Assembly (NCBI GenBank): GCA_964514975.1
Contig: CAZESS010000006.1
Coordinates: forward strand, 1 to 64,000
Source of the DNA: an uncultured Thermoplasmatales archaeon
GTDB taxonomy: Archaea; Thermoplasmatota; E2; UBA202; DSCA01
Length of the DNA: 64,000 nucleotides
Reading direction: 5' to 3'
This document shows positions 7,990 to 16,646 of this stretch, one piece after another. Position numbers and translations under genes: made by a program. Each line of letters starts with the position of its first letter. Position 1 is the first letter of the stretch. The notes beneath the pieces are model-generated. The model was not told where the DNA came from, did not search any database, and saw only the letters and a list, made by a program, of their open reading frames with translations.

Positions 7990-10323
7990 TTGTTAAAGAG
8001 GTTTTTAGCTGTATTAGCGGCTGTGATAGTTTTAGGTACGCAGTTTGTTGCGCCCTTACCCGCGGTTGCTCAAGAAGGTTCTGGCTCTAAGTTACCCATT
8101 TACGGGTTTGTAGAACCTTCTGGTACCACTGAAAGAAACGGGATGGTTCAGGTTAGACTGGACCTGTGTTTAGATGAGGGAGCCTATAGATACAACGATG
8201 AGAGATTCTATGTAATAGACCAGTCGTCCCCTGAGTATCAAGCTGGGTATCAGGGAGAGCTTGATAAAGAAGGCTACCCCGTAGATGAAGTCGCTTATGA
8301 GAAGTGGCACGAGTCTCTTCCCCGAAAGTGGGCCGAGCACCGCATATTCCACCACCACTTTATCTACATAGATCCTTATACTAAGAACTGGGAAGCTGAA
8401 ATTGAAGCGGCTTTACAGCTTCATCTACCTAATTTCTATCAGGCGTGGACTGAGGATTTAGATCAAGTTAAGCATGGGATGCGTCACGGCTGGGACGTGG
8501 AAACACGTACCAGACCCACAAGATACGATACAGAAAAGTCCAACGATGCTCGTAAGCAAGACTCTTTAGATTTAGTTAGTACCATCAAGCAGTCGCATCT
8601 ATCCATCCAGTCTACTTCTGGGGATGGGGAGACGTTTCCTGCAACCTGGATAGAAGTAGGAGCAGAAGCTGTTAATCATTCGGGTGTAAGAACTCTTTAC
8701 TACAACGACGTCAATATACTTGTTAACCAGGGTGGTGATGCTAGTAATGCTTCGGGTGTTATTGATACCGTAGAGGTCTATTTTGATAGAGCTGACTCAG
8801 GTCACAATTTTAGAGTAGGTATTGTTGAAGATACTGGTACTCCTAGATTTACCTGCCGAGATATAGAGGGCATAGGTACAGTTTCTACAGGAAAGGTAAC
8901 TCTAACTGGTCTTGATCTCGATATTGAAACTGGTGATTATATTGCTGCCGATGGTAAGGGCAGCACAGGTACATTAAGAATAGATACTGATAGTTCCTCT
9001 GGTACTGTTTACCAGTCGGAAGATAACTATCTTGTAGTAGATTCAGAGGTATACTATGACTCCTACACGGGAACTATGTCCCTCTATGGTACGGGGGGAG
9101 ATCCAGAACCAGTAGTTACTACTCAAGCTGCGTCTAGTGTAGAGGATACAACAGCTACAGGAAATGGGAATATTACTTCTGTTGGTAAAGAGGATTGCAC
9201 TAAGCGCGGGTTTGTTTACGGTACTACGAGTATCACTGTTGGTGCAGAGAAAACCGCAGAGTCTCTTTCCCTTGAGGACTCAGAATCCTTTGAGTCTAAT
9301 CTGGGAGATTGGAGTAACGACGCTAATAATGTGTCTGACTGGATACGTGACAGTGGTGGCACTCCATCTTGGAATACTGGTCCTTCCTCTGCTCAGAGTG
9401 GGTCTTACTACATCTATGTAGAAACATCTAGTGGTGACTCGTACAGCGATGGCGACACTGACATCATAGAGTACGACATAGGTAGTAGTAAGGACGGCTA
9501 TGTAGACTTTTACTATCATCAGTATGGTGATGACCAAGGAACTTTATCTCTTGAAGGCTATGATGGAAGTTCTTGGAGTGAGATATGGTCTTCTTCAGGC
9601 AACCAGGGAAATCAGTGGAATCACGTAGAACAGGCTAGTACAGAGTTTACCAGCTATTCTAAGCTTCGCTTCAAAAATATAGCTGCTGGTGGTTGGCAAG
9701 GTGATGTTGCTCTAGACCTCATCAAAGTCTACACAGGAACGTTGGCTGAGTATTACGACATAGACGATTATGATGAAAAGGTAGAAGACACTGGTACTTA
9801 TAGTACGGGTGCGTTTACAAAAAGCTTGTCGAGCTTAAGTAGCTATACTACTTATTATATAAGAGCTATTGCTTATAACTCGGAAGGTTATGGCTGGGGA
9901 GATGAAGTCAGTTTTACTACTGATCCTACTTTAGATGTAAGCACTAGTCCTTCTAACTATGATGCGGGAACACAGGAGTTGTCTTCTACTATAGAAACCG
10001 GGCTTGACTATTTTACTATTACTAATAGTAGTGATTGTACCGTAGACGTGACTATTGGAGGCAGTGACTTTACCGGCACTGGGACTGATTGGACCTTATC
10101 TGATACTGCTACTCCAGGCTCTGATACTGCGGGTTTGAAAGCAGGTTTGTCGGGAGGTGATTATACGATTGTGGTTAAAAAGAGTACTCCTTACAATACC
10201 TTAAAGTCGGGTTTAGCAGCTTCGGCAACTCAGGATTTTGGGTTGAAGATATATATGCCTACAGAGGTGTCTGATAATAATGAGAAAACTTCTACTGTCA
10301 CCATCACCATAGTGGAGGCTTAA
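7990..10323 (+). CDS. Secreted multidomain adhesin: MAM domain inserted in an FN3-like domain, C-terminal pilin-like Ig domain
   Basis: Signal peptide; MAM signature (W..SGGTPS.NTGP....SGSYYIYVETS, FYYH.YG, GNQGNQW, GDVALD); FN3-like halves PVVTTQAAS..RGFVYGT and TTYYIRAIAYNSEG.GWGDEVSFTT. Confidence 0.75.
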   Translation: MLKRFLAVLAAVIVLGTQFVAPLPAVAQEGSGSKLPIYGFVEPSGTTERNGMVQVRLDLCLDEGAYRYNDERFYVIDQSSPEYQAGYQGELDKEGYPVDEVAYEKWHESLPRKWAEHRIFHHHFIYIDPYTKNWEAEIEAALQLHLPNFYQAWTEDLDQVKHGMRHGWDVETRTRPTRYDTEKSNDARKQDSLDLVSTIKQSHLSIQSTSGDGETFPATWIEVGAEAVNHSGVRTLYYNDVNILVNQGGDASNASGVIDTVEVYFDRADSGHNFRVGIVEDTGTPRFTCRDIEGIGTVSTGKVTLTGLDLDIETGDYIAADGKGSTGTLRIDTDSSSGTVYQSEDNYLVVDSEVYYDSYTGTMSLYGTGGDPEPVVTTQAASSVEDTTATGNGNITSVGKEDCTKRGFVYGTTSITVGAEKTAESLSLEDSESFESNLGDWSNDANNVSDWIRDSGGTPSWNTGPSSAQSGSYYIYVETSSGDSYSDGDTDIIEYDIGSSKDGYVDFYYHQYGDDQGTLSLEGYDGSSWSEIWSSSGNQGNQWNHVEQASTEFTSYSKLRFKNIAAGGWQGDVALDLIKVYTGTLAEYYDIDDYDEKVEDTGTYSTGAFTKSLSSLSSYTTYYIRAIAYNSEGYGWGDEVSFTTDPTLDVSTSPSNYDAGTQELSSTIETGLDYFTITNSSDCTVDVTIGGSDFTGTGTDWTLSDTATPGSDTAGLKAGLSGGDYTIVVKKSTPYNTLKSGLAASATQDFGLKIYMPTEVSDNNEKTSTVTITIVEA

Positions 10324-10339
10324 CGGTTTACGGGGGTAT

Positions 10340-10378
10340 CGATATACTATTGCGAGAAGCTAAATTAAGGTGTATAAT
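10340..10378 (+). promoter_or_regulatory. Sigma70-type promoter with upstream CGATATACTA box
   Basis: TTGCGA-17-TATAAT, box abutting the -35. Confidence 0.75.
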
Positions 10379-10401
10379 TATGCTAGGGGAAGCGAGGGGT
10401 T

Positions 10402-11043
10402 TTGAAGTCGATATACCAAATAATTCTTCTCGCCGGGTTTTGCATTATTTTGCTTGCGGGAGGACTCATAGTAGGCGCAGCGGGAGTTGATACCGACCAG
10501 GAAGAGGAGGGGCCTCGTCCTAGACCCATCGTACAACCTGACGTTTCTGGGGTAGAAGGCATCGTAGCTACTGTGGCCCCTAGCTTTAATAGGTTAAGCG
10601 TGGGTTTAGATTTGCAAGGGAGTCTCGCCGGAGATTTTTCGGTGTTGTCCGGAAAGTACTTTTTAGATTTCTTAGAACCCGGAATGGAAGTAAGGGTTCC
10701 GATAATAGTTGAGAATACTGGTGAACAGGAGATTGTTGTAGACTTAAGTTTTAGACGTCCTGACAGCTTGCTACAAGGTTCGAACATGCCTTCTAGGGGA
10801 TTGTTGAACGACTTACTATTTTTAGGAGATTATGTTGAGGGCAATGTATTAACTCTTGCTCCTGATACTTTAAGTGTTGTTAACGTGGCGTATGTTGTGC
10901 CAGAGGACGTAAGGTTTGACAAACAGGAAGTTTGGGCGTCGTTTCGTATTTTCGAAGAAGATCTAGCTTGTGTTGAGTACTGTTGTAGGATTATTTTTAC
11001 TACGAAGGAGGTTTCAAATGAAAACGAGTGGAGTAGGGGGTAG
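10402..11043 (+). CDS. Exported Ig-fold protein, fimbrial chaperone/DUF916-like
   Basis: Signal/TM; LEPGMEVRVPIIVENTG...LTLAPDTLSVVNVAYVVP pattern. Confidence 0.55.
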   Translation: MKSIYQIILLAGFCIILLAGGLIVGAAGVDTDQEEEGPRPRPIVQPDVSGVEGIVATVAPSFNRLSVGLDLQGSLAGDFSVLSGKYFLDFLEPGMEVRVPIIVENTGEQEIVVDLSFRRPDSLLQGSNMPSRGLLNDLLFLGDYVEGNVLTLAPDTLSVVNVAYVVPEDVRFDKQEVWASFRIFEEDLACVEYCCRIIFTTKEVSNENEWSRG

Positions 11044-11048
11044 AAGTC

Positions 11049-11564
11049 ATGTTTAGAATGTTGAAAAAGTTAAAGGTTTGGTTGGGCGTCTTTTCCGTCG
11101 TAGCCCTTTTGCTCTTGTGTACGCCTGCCGTAGCTCTTGGAGAGACTTCAGCTACTGTTACGGTAGACGCTACGCCGCAGTACGTTAGCATTTCCTTAAA
11201 CAACTCTACGTACGACTTTGGCGTAGTGGCGGCAAGTGCTACACCTAACACTGCTGGCGGTTATTTTGGAATAACTAACAGTAGTAACGTGGAGACCGAC
11301 AACACTATCGTTTCTAACGGTTGGGAAGGTGGTGACAACGATTGGACCTGGGGAGCTTCAGGAGAAGACACCGCCTTGCTGAACGCTAGTGATGGAGATG
11401 AGGCTTACGATGTAGAAGTGGATGACACTACTCCGGCTACGTTAAAGGCCGCAGTGGCAGCGGAGACGGATTGGGAGTTTGAATTACAGCTGGAATGTCC
11501 GTCGTCTTTTACGTATCCTAACGCTCAATCCACTACTATTACTATCGCGGCTTCGGCAACTTAG
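11049..11564 (+). CDS. Secreted pilin-like single-domain beta protein (candidate major fibre subunit)
   Basis: Signal peptide, N-terminal strand ATVTVDAT, SISL..YDFG, ITNSS, terminal TITIAAS; 4 sequons. Confidence 0.6.
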   Translation: MFRMLKKLKVWLGVFSVVALLLLCTPAVALGETSATVTVDATPQYVSISLNNSTYDFGVVAASATPNTAGGYFGITNSSNVETDNTIVSNGWEGGDNDWTWGASGEDTALLNASDGDEAYDVEVDDTTPATLKAAVAAETDWEFELQLECPSSFTYPNAQSTTITIAASAT

Positions 11565-11576
11565 AGGAGTATACTA

Positions 11577-12191
11577 ATGTTAAAAATAGTGATGGTTTCT
11601 ATTTTGGTTAGTTTACTACTTGTGGGTTGTTCAGACACTTTAGAGAATGCTTCGGCAGGGGAAGAGAACGCCCCTGCCGAGGTCCCGGAGGAAGCTGTAG
11701 AGCCTGAACCGGAGCTGGAGCTTGGTCTTGAGTCAGAAGAACCTATTGACGAACCTGAGCCCGAGCAAGTGAAGCCGATAGAGGAGTCTACGGGCGATTA
11801 CGTTGTACCCGGTACTGCTGGCTTGAAGGACTCTGGTAAGATATACGTATCCAACATGTTCGCAGGCGGTGAGGCAGATATTCCTATAACTATTTACAAC
11901 GGTCTCTCAAGAGAGAAAGTGTATGTGTTGAGTTTGGTCAACTTGTCGGACAAGAGCGTTGAGGAAGATTATGTCTCTGGTGTAGACTATGCTTATAGGT
12001 GGGTAAGGTTCGACGATGTGATGCGTGTGCCCGGTAATTCCGAGAAAACCATTGTTGCAAATTTGGCTATTCCGGGCAATGCGAAGGTTGAAGCAGATGC
12101 GTGGATGTTTGTTATTAGGTTGACTGAAGTAACAGAGGAGCAGGTGCTCATAGCGTACGATTCTAAGATTTTCGTACATATGGTGGAATAA
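11577..12191 (+). CDS. Lipoprotein with EP linker and chaperone-like Ig domain
   Basis: Lipobox LLVGC; PITIYN...VPGNSEKTIVANLAIP, similar to 10402 protein. Confidence 0.6.
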   Translation: MLKIVMVSILVSLLLVGCSDTLENASAGEENAPAEVPEEAVEPEPELELGLESEEPIDEPEPEQVKPIEESTGDYVVPGTAGLKDSGKIYVSNMFAGGEADIPITIYNGLSREKVYVLSLVNLSDKSVEEDYVSGVDYAYRWVRFDDVMRVPGNSEKTIVANLAIPGNAKVEADAWMFVIRLTEVTEEQVLIAYDSKIFVHMVE

Positions 12192-12376
12192 TGGAGTGGC
12201 TTACAGATTTAATTACAGTCGTAATTAGGGTTTACCCTGATCACTGGTTGTCGGACATAGCTAGGGCCATTATTACTGCTCACCCAGATTTTGCTAGAAT
12301 TCCTGTGTGGTTGTATTTTGCGATTGGTGCAGTTTTCTTTTACGGCGCTAATAAGTACCTAGAGGATGATCTATGA
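12191..12376 (+). CDS. Small membrane protein
   Basis: One TM helix; coupled. Confidence 0.6.
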   Translation: MEWLTDLITVVIRVYPDHWLSDIARAIITAHPDFARIPVWLYFAIGAVFFYGANKYLEDDL

Positions 12377-12750
12377 GCATAACTGGCGACGCAATGTTTA
12401 TAGGGTTGTTGTTCATGGGCTTCTTCTTCATGTTACTATCATCTAAGAGAAGAAACATTTTGGTAGCCATGGTAACTTTTTTAGTATGGTTTAGCTTGGG
12501 GTTGTGGCTGTTCTTCTCTCCTACAGCCCCCATCGGCTTTGGAGAGGTTTGGCAAGACATGTTAGGGTGGAGCTTTTTAGTGTTAAGTTTCTTGCCGTGG
12601 TTGTTTCAAATGGATGTGGAGATTAAACATGAGAAGGACGGGTATAGTTACTCTTCCTGGGGTGGCGAGCCTAGGGAGAGCGGTCCTACCGAGTACGAAG
12701 CTTATCGAGACAAGTTGTACAACCGTACACGTAAGAACCGGAGGAGGTAG
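12373..12750 (+). CDS. 3-TM membrane protein with basic C-terminal tail
   Basis: Three hydrophobic helices, RTRKNRRR tail. Confidence 0.7.
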   Translation: MSITGDAMFIGLLFMGFFFMLLSSKRRNILVAMVTFLVWFSLGLWLFFSPTAPIGFGEVWQDMLGWSFLVLSFLPWLFQMDVEIKHEKDGYSYSSWGGEPRESGPTEYEAYRDKLYNRTRKNRRR

Positions 12751-12752
12751 AC

Positions 12753-12920
12753 ATGGGAGGCGTTACTTATATTTGTGACTTATGTGGTGAGGAGTATCGG
12801 GTGACAAACGCTGAAGACAAGATTATGATAGCGATGTTTGGGTCCGTTTGCCCTAAGTGTAAGGAGAGTATTGAGAAGGCCGATAGGGGTAGGCGGGAGA
12901 GAGGATATGGTGATGCGTAG
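12753..12920 (+). CDS. Small zinc-finger protein, 55 aa (not in ORF track)
   Basis: CDLC...CPKC; GGAGGAGG RBS. Confidence 0.6.
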   Translation: MGGVTYICDLCGEEYRVTNAEDKIMIAMFGSVCPKCKESIEKADRGRRERGYGDA

Positions 12921-13185
12921 CCATTACCAAACGCCTATGTCCAATGTCGGGGATAGATGGTATCTGGACGAAGAAGACTTTACCGTTGTATCCGATGATG
13001 CCGCGTGGCTTGAGATTTTGGCCCAGGAGGCGTATTCTAGGGGAAACATCGGTGAGGAAGATTTGGACTTGTTACACGCTTTTATTCACTCTCCTGTGGA
13101 GACGTCTTTTATTGGCGAGGACGCAGCTCGTCTAAAGTGGTTACTGCACCACTTCGGTTACATACGTTTGTTTAGCAAGTCTTAA
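12907..13185 (+). CDS. Hypothetical protein with winged-helix-like C-terminus
   Basis: Ends LKWLLHHFGYIRL; start uncertain. Confidence 0.5.
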   Translation: MVMRSHYQTPMSNVGDRWYLDEEDFTVVSDDAAWLEILAQEAYSRGNIGEEDLDLLHAFIHSPVETSFIGEDAARLKWLLHHFGYIRLFSKS

Positions 13186-13198
13186 GAGGTAAGAAATT

Positions 13199-13456
13199 AT
13201 GAAGGTTGAGCTGACAGCTAGAGGTAGAGGAGCCGTACTGTGGAGGAATGCCGTGTGGGCAAAGTGTACTTACGAGGAGCAGGATATTCTTACGTACGTG
13301 TACAACAACGATATGAGAACTCCAGAAGGTTCCGACTTTCCCGTTGTTGAAGGTGTAAACGTTGGTGATATGTGTTATGAGTTGAAAATGGTAGACTGCG
13401 ATGATTTGGTGTCAAAACTAGTGTTGCGGAAATTGTTGAGGCCGGTTAGAGGTTAA
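13199..13456 (+). CDS. Small winged-helix-like protein (permuted type)
   Basis: N-terminal VELTARG; C-terminal KLVLRKLLRP. Confidence 0.6.
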   Translation: MKVELTARGRGAVLWRNAVWAKCTYEEQDILTYVYNNDMRTPEGSDFPVVEGVNVGDMCYELKMVDCDDLVSKLVLRKLLRPVRG

Positions 13457-13460
13457 AGCT

Positions 13461-13730
13461 ATGCCTAACTTTAAGGAACGAGAAGAGCGACTAGAAGGGC
13501 TTCGTTTAGACAACGAAGTAGCCGATGAAGAGATGAGTCTTGCTCAAAAGAAAGCGGCTATAAGGGCTGCTAAAAAACAGTATGGCCCGGATTGGAAGAA
13601 GGTTGTCGGGGCGGTCAGATCCGTAAAGGTCAACTCCGAGGCTATACAAAACTTACATAGCTTAGGTGTTACTAACTCGGACTTACGTAGTATGAATAAT
13701 CCTTTCAAAGGAAATAGAAAGAGGGGGTAG
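13461..13730 (+). CDS. Hypothetical helical protein
   Basis: RBS, operonic. Confidence 0.6.
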   Translation: MPNFKEREERLEGLRLDNEVADEEMSLAQKKAAIRAAKKQYGPDWKKVVGAVRSVKVNSEAIQNLHSLGVTNSDLRSMNNPFKGNRKRG

Positions 13731-13735
13731 GTTCT

Positions 13736-14017
13736 TTGGAATTTAAGAGTTGGGAAGAGCCTACAGGTACAAGCGTTTTTAGTTCTACAGGCAAAGATAT
13801 TGAGACATCAGCGGAAGGCGGAAATCGTTTCGAGTTAGCTTATTGGATGTTCGCGAGCAAGTTGGAAGAGAGTCTTCCGCAAGGCGGAACACTTTCCGAG
13901 ATTTACTACCAAGTGTCTGTGCCTTTGGGTTTAAGCGTAGACGATACTAAGGATATGTTGAAAAGAGCCGGGAAGGCTGGTTATATTAAAAGGACGATTG
14001 GGGGTAAAGAAAAATGA
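13736..14017 (+). CDS. Winged-helix-like protein
   Basis: LGLSVDDTKDMLKRAGKAGYIKR. Confidence 0.55.
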   Translation: MEFKSWEEPTGTSVFSSTGKDIETSAEGGNRFELAYWMFASKLEESLPQGGTLSEIYYQVSVPLGLSVDDTKDMLKRAGKAGYIKRTIGGKEK

Positions 14018-14169
14018 ATTTAAGAGAGTCAAAGCTTTCTTCTAAAGCTGAGAGAGACTCCTTCGCCAAGCAGCTTGCCAAGACGGGTGAGCAGTTTGTG
14101 AAGAGCTCCGACAAGTTCGCAAAAGAGTTGAAAGAGCGAAACGAAAAGTTTGTTAAGGGTCTAAAGTAG
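14014..14169 (+). CDS. Small Lys-rich helical protein, 51 aa (not in ORF track)
   Basis: ATGA overlap; MNLRESKLSSKAERD... Confidence 0.6.
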   Translation: MNLRESKLSSKAERDSFAKQLAKTGEQFVKSSDKFAKELKERNEKFVKGLK

Positions 14170-14178
14170 GGGGATAGT

Positions 14179-14316
14179 TTGGCTAAAAAGAGAAAATCTA
14201 CTAAAGGCGGGCTGACGCGAAAGATTTCCAGTTATGGGAAGAACGCGGGTAAAGATTTGTTTAGCTCCCCTTTAGGCAGAGCGGCTAGAGGAAAGAAAAC
14301 TAAGGGATTTTTGTAG
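14179..14316 (+). CDS. Small very basic protein, 45 aa (not in ORF track)
   Basis: TTG start after GGGGG; MAKKRKSTKGGLTRK... Confidence 0.6.
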   Translation: MAKKRKSTKGGLTRKISSYGKNAGKDLFSSPLGRAARGKKTKGFL

Positions 14317-14335
14317 AAAACAAGGGGTAATAGTT

Positions 14336-14572
14336 ATGGCTTATAGAAACAAAGGTTTTAGAGGAGAGTTGGATGCGCTTGGAGGCGATGTTGTAAAAGG
14401 TTTGCGACAAGGGTTTTGTCCAACACCTGGCAACAAAATTCGCTCTGGCGGTCAGGGGCGAGGGTTAGCTCGTGGGCAAGGTCGTGGACCTATCGGCCGC
14501 GGGTTTGGAGCTCGTAAAGGTCTTGGGCGTAGATTCTCTAACAATTGGGGCGGAGACTTCAGCAATTTGTAG
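14336..14572 (+). CDS. Gly/Arg-rich basic protein
   Basis: GQGRGLARGQGRGPIGRG. Confidence 0.6.
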   Translation: MAYRNKGFRGELDALGGDVVKGLRQGFCPTPGNKIRSGGQGRGLARGQGRGPIGRGFGARKGLGRRFSNNWGGDFSNL

Positions 14573-14583
14573 GGTTGAGTGTT

Positions 14584-14832
14584 ATGAATGTTAGGGAAAT
14601 CGAGAGAGCGCTAGATACGCCAGATAGAAGGTGGACGGAAGAGGACATCGATGCTGTGTCAGACTTTTTGCAAGAAGCGCCCTTTCACGGTCCTGCTATA
14701 GATGATGTAGTAGAGACAGCAGAGCTAGCTAAGCGTGGCGATCAATATAGCCTTCCGCGTATTAAGGCTGTAACGCGATTGAGAGAGATGTTGCAAAGGC
14801 AATTGCGTTATTTGGGTACGTACGGTTCCTAG
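14584..14832 (+). CDS. Hypothetical protein, paralog of 16398..16646
   Basis: PDRRWTEEDI vs PSRKWTDNDI. Confidence 0.6.
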   Translation: MNVREIERALDTPDRRWTEEDIDAVSDFLQEAPFHGPAIDDVVETAELAKRGDQYSLPRIKAVTRLREMLQRQLRYLGTYGS

Positions 14833-14836
14833 TTTG

Positions 14837-14875
14837 CGATATACTAGGGCTTATAGTCGTAAGATGGGTTAAAAT
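14837..14875 (+). promoter_or_regulatory. Promoter with CGATATACTA box and TAAAAT -10, no consensus -35
   Basis: Box-23 nt-TAAAAT, same spacing as 10340. Confidence 0.6.
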
Positions 14876-14895
14876 AAAACTGGGGGAAGAGAACA

Positions 14896-15177
14896 ATGGG
14901 AATTTACGGTGAAGTGGAACTGACGTTTTACCAGTTAACCCCTATGGGAGTTAGCCGCATACAAAACGGTCAAATACAACACTTAGATCCTGCTCAACGA
15001 GGCGTATTAACGGAGTTAGCGCAGCTGGGCGGAATGGCAGAATGGGACGAATTGAAGGTACGCGCGCTTGCTAGTCCTATGACTTTAAGGAAGAGCTTAC
15101 AACGTTTGGTAGATTTAGGGTACGTCACTGTCCCCAACCTACAGGCGCAGCAGCAACAGCAACAGCAACAGGAATGA
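14896..15177 (+). CDS. Winged-helix-like protein (permuted type) with poly-Gln tail
   Basis: FYQLTPMG near N-terminus; LQRLVDLGYV; QQQQQQQQ. Confidence 0.65.
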   Translation: MGIYGEVELTFYQLTPMGVSRIQNGQIQHLDPAQRGVLTELAQLGGMAEWDELKVRALASPMTLRKSLQRLVDLGYVTVPNLQAQQQQQQQQE

Positions 15178-15217
15178 AACCATACTTACTAAAGTTGGTC
15201 AGTGGGGGTAAAGGTTT

Positions 15218-15634
15218 TTGACAGTTTATTTTGTAACTCATCCTAATATGGGTGTTACATCTTTAGTAACCGCTCCAAGTACGGAGAAGGCCCGTACAAC
15301 CTTTTTAGATTGGTTGGAGCGTAATGATCACATTAGACGTGCCGATAGGCAGTATTGGCGGAAGAATATGATTGCGGAGAGGATGGAAGACCCTCAAAAC
15401 GTAACTGCTGACGTGGACTTAGCTTACGGGTACATGGATTCGGGGAATTACCGTGTGCGTGCTTCTGAGGAACACGTCCAATACCCCCGACGCGAGGTTC
15501 CACAAAGAAGCTTTGATACTTTTGAAGAGGAACCGGAGTCTGAGCCTGAGCCCGAACTTGAACCCGAACCCGAACCAGAGCCCAAGCCCGAACGTAAGCT
15601 TTCTCCTATTCAAAAATTGGCTTTAGGTAGGTGA
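15218..15634 (+). CDS. Hypothetical protein with EP repeats
   Basis: EPESEPEPELEPEPEPEP. Confidence 0.6.
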   Translation: MTVYFVTHPNMGVTSLVTAPSTEKARTTFLDWLERNDHIRRADRQYWRKNMIAERMEDPQNVTADVDLAYGYMDSGNYRVRASEEHVQYPRREVPQRSFDTFEEEPESEPEPELEPEPEPEPKPERKLSPIQKLALGR

Positions 15635-15638
15635 TGTT

Positions 15639-15911
15639 ATGTCTAACGTAGGTAAGAGGGTTGCTAGACACTTTCCAGCGAGCGGTTACGGGTTTGAAGG
15701 TACCGAAGATTTTATCTTCAGTCTTTTGGGTAGGAAACGCAACGCTTTTGGGGTAGTTGATGGGTTTCAGGAGTTGGGTCTTACTGCCGAGGAGGCTTCT
15801 AAAGTAGTCGCCGACGCTTGGAAACACGGCTCTATTGACTCTAATGAGTATAAGAATATTATGTGGGAACTTAAGTGGTTAGAAGCTTATAGAGGTGGGG
15901 GTAGACTATAG
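15639..15911 (+). CDS. Hypothetical protein, winged-helix-like
   Basis: LGLTAEEASKVVADAWKHGSI resembles 13736 protein. Confidence 0.5.
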   Translation: MSNVGKRVARHFPASGYGFEGTEDFIFSLLGRKRNAFGVVDGFQELGLTAEEASKVVADAWKHGSIDSNEYKNIMWELKWLEAYRGGGRL

Positions 15912-16132
15912 TGGCTTGCGTTAACTTCTTTAGTAGGTCTTATCTCAACTCTCAAGACATTTGTGAGGAAACTTTGCGAGAGTTGTTTTGGCACTTTAAG
16001 GAAGAGTTTTTCGATACTCAGTCGGCTTTTACACATGCGCGAGGTGTTACAGAAGATGAGAATCGTAGCGCTTTGGTAGTAGACGAGGGCGACAAGCAGT
16101 ATTCCGTGTATGTTTCAGGAGTTAAGGGGTAG
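15911..16132 (+). CDS. Hypothetical protein
   Basis: Coupled ORF. Confidence 0.5.
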   Translation: MACVNFFSRSYLNSQDICEETLRELFWHFKEEFFDTQSAFTHARGVTEDENRSALVVDEGDKQYSVYVSGVKG

Positions 16133-16134
16133 AG

Positions 16135-16383
16135 GTGTTGGAAAGAGAGAACCCTTTCGTAGGGCATTCGTGCGTGAATTGGCAGATAGCAGAATCCGCT
16201 TGGGAAGTTTTGCAAGGAAGAACTTCACCTTCATTGCTTATGCATGCTCTTAAAGATTCTCCGAAAGTGGTTGCGCGTAAGGTGAGGGAGTTGGAGCAAG
16301 AGTACCGCGAGATGTACCCAAGGGCTACAACTGATGAGGTACTCGACTACATAGTTGGTACGCTCGAGGACACAGATATTTAA
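16135..16383 (+). CDS. Hypothetical protein
   Basis: Operonic ORF. Confidence 0.55.
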   Translation: MLERENPFVGHSCVNWQIAESAWEVLQGRTSPSLLMHALKDSPKVVARKVRELEQEYREMYPRATTDEVLDYIVGTLEDTDI

Positions 16384-16397
16384 GGGGTAATGAGATT

Positions 16398-16646
16398 ATG
16401 ACTGATACACTTAGGTTGTTATTAGAGAAACCTAGCCGCAAGTGGACGGATAACGATATTGCTTTGGTTGGGGAATGGCTAGTGAGTCAGGATTTTGAGG
16501 TAGATAGAGTGGTGGGGCTGATCACCGACGCACAAGTTGCCGGTCTCTCGGCTTCTAACCCTCGTTTGCGGGCTTTAGAAAAGAAGCTAGCAGTAGACAA
16601 AATAAAAGAGGCCGTAAAGGGCGCTCTTCGCAGCGAGGAATGGTAG
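16398..16646 (+). CDS. Hypothetical protein, paralog of 14584..14832
   Basis: Shared P.R.WT..DI and AV..L/I.E motifs. Confidence 0.6.
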   Translation: MTDTLRLLLEKPSRKWTDNDIALVGEWLVSQDFEVDRVVGLITDAQVAGLSASNPRLRALEKKLAVDKIKEAVKGALRSEEW

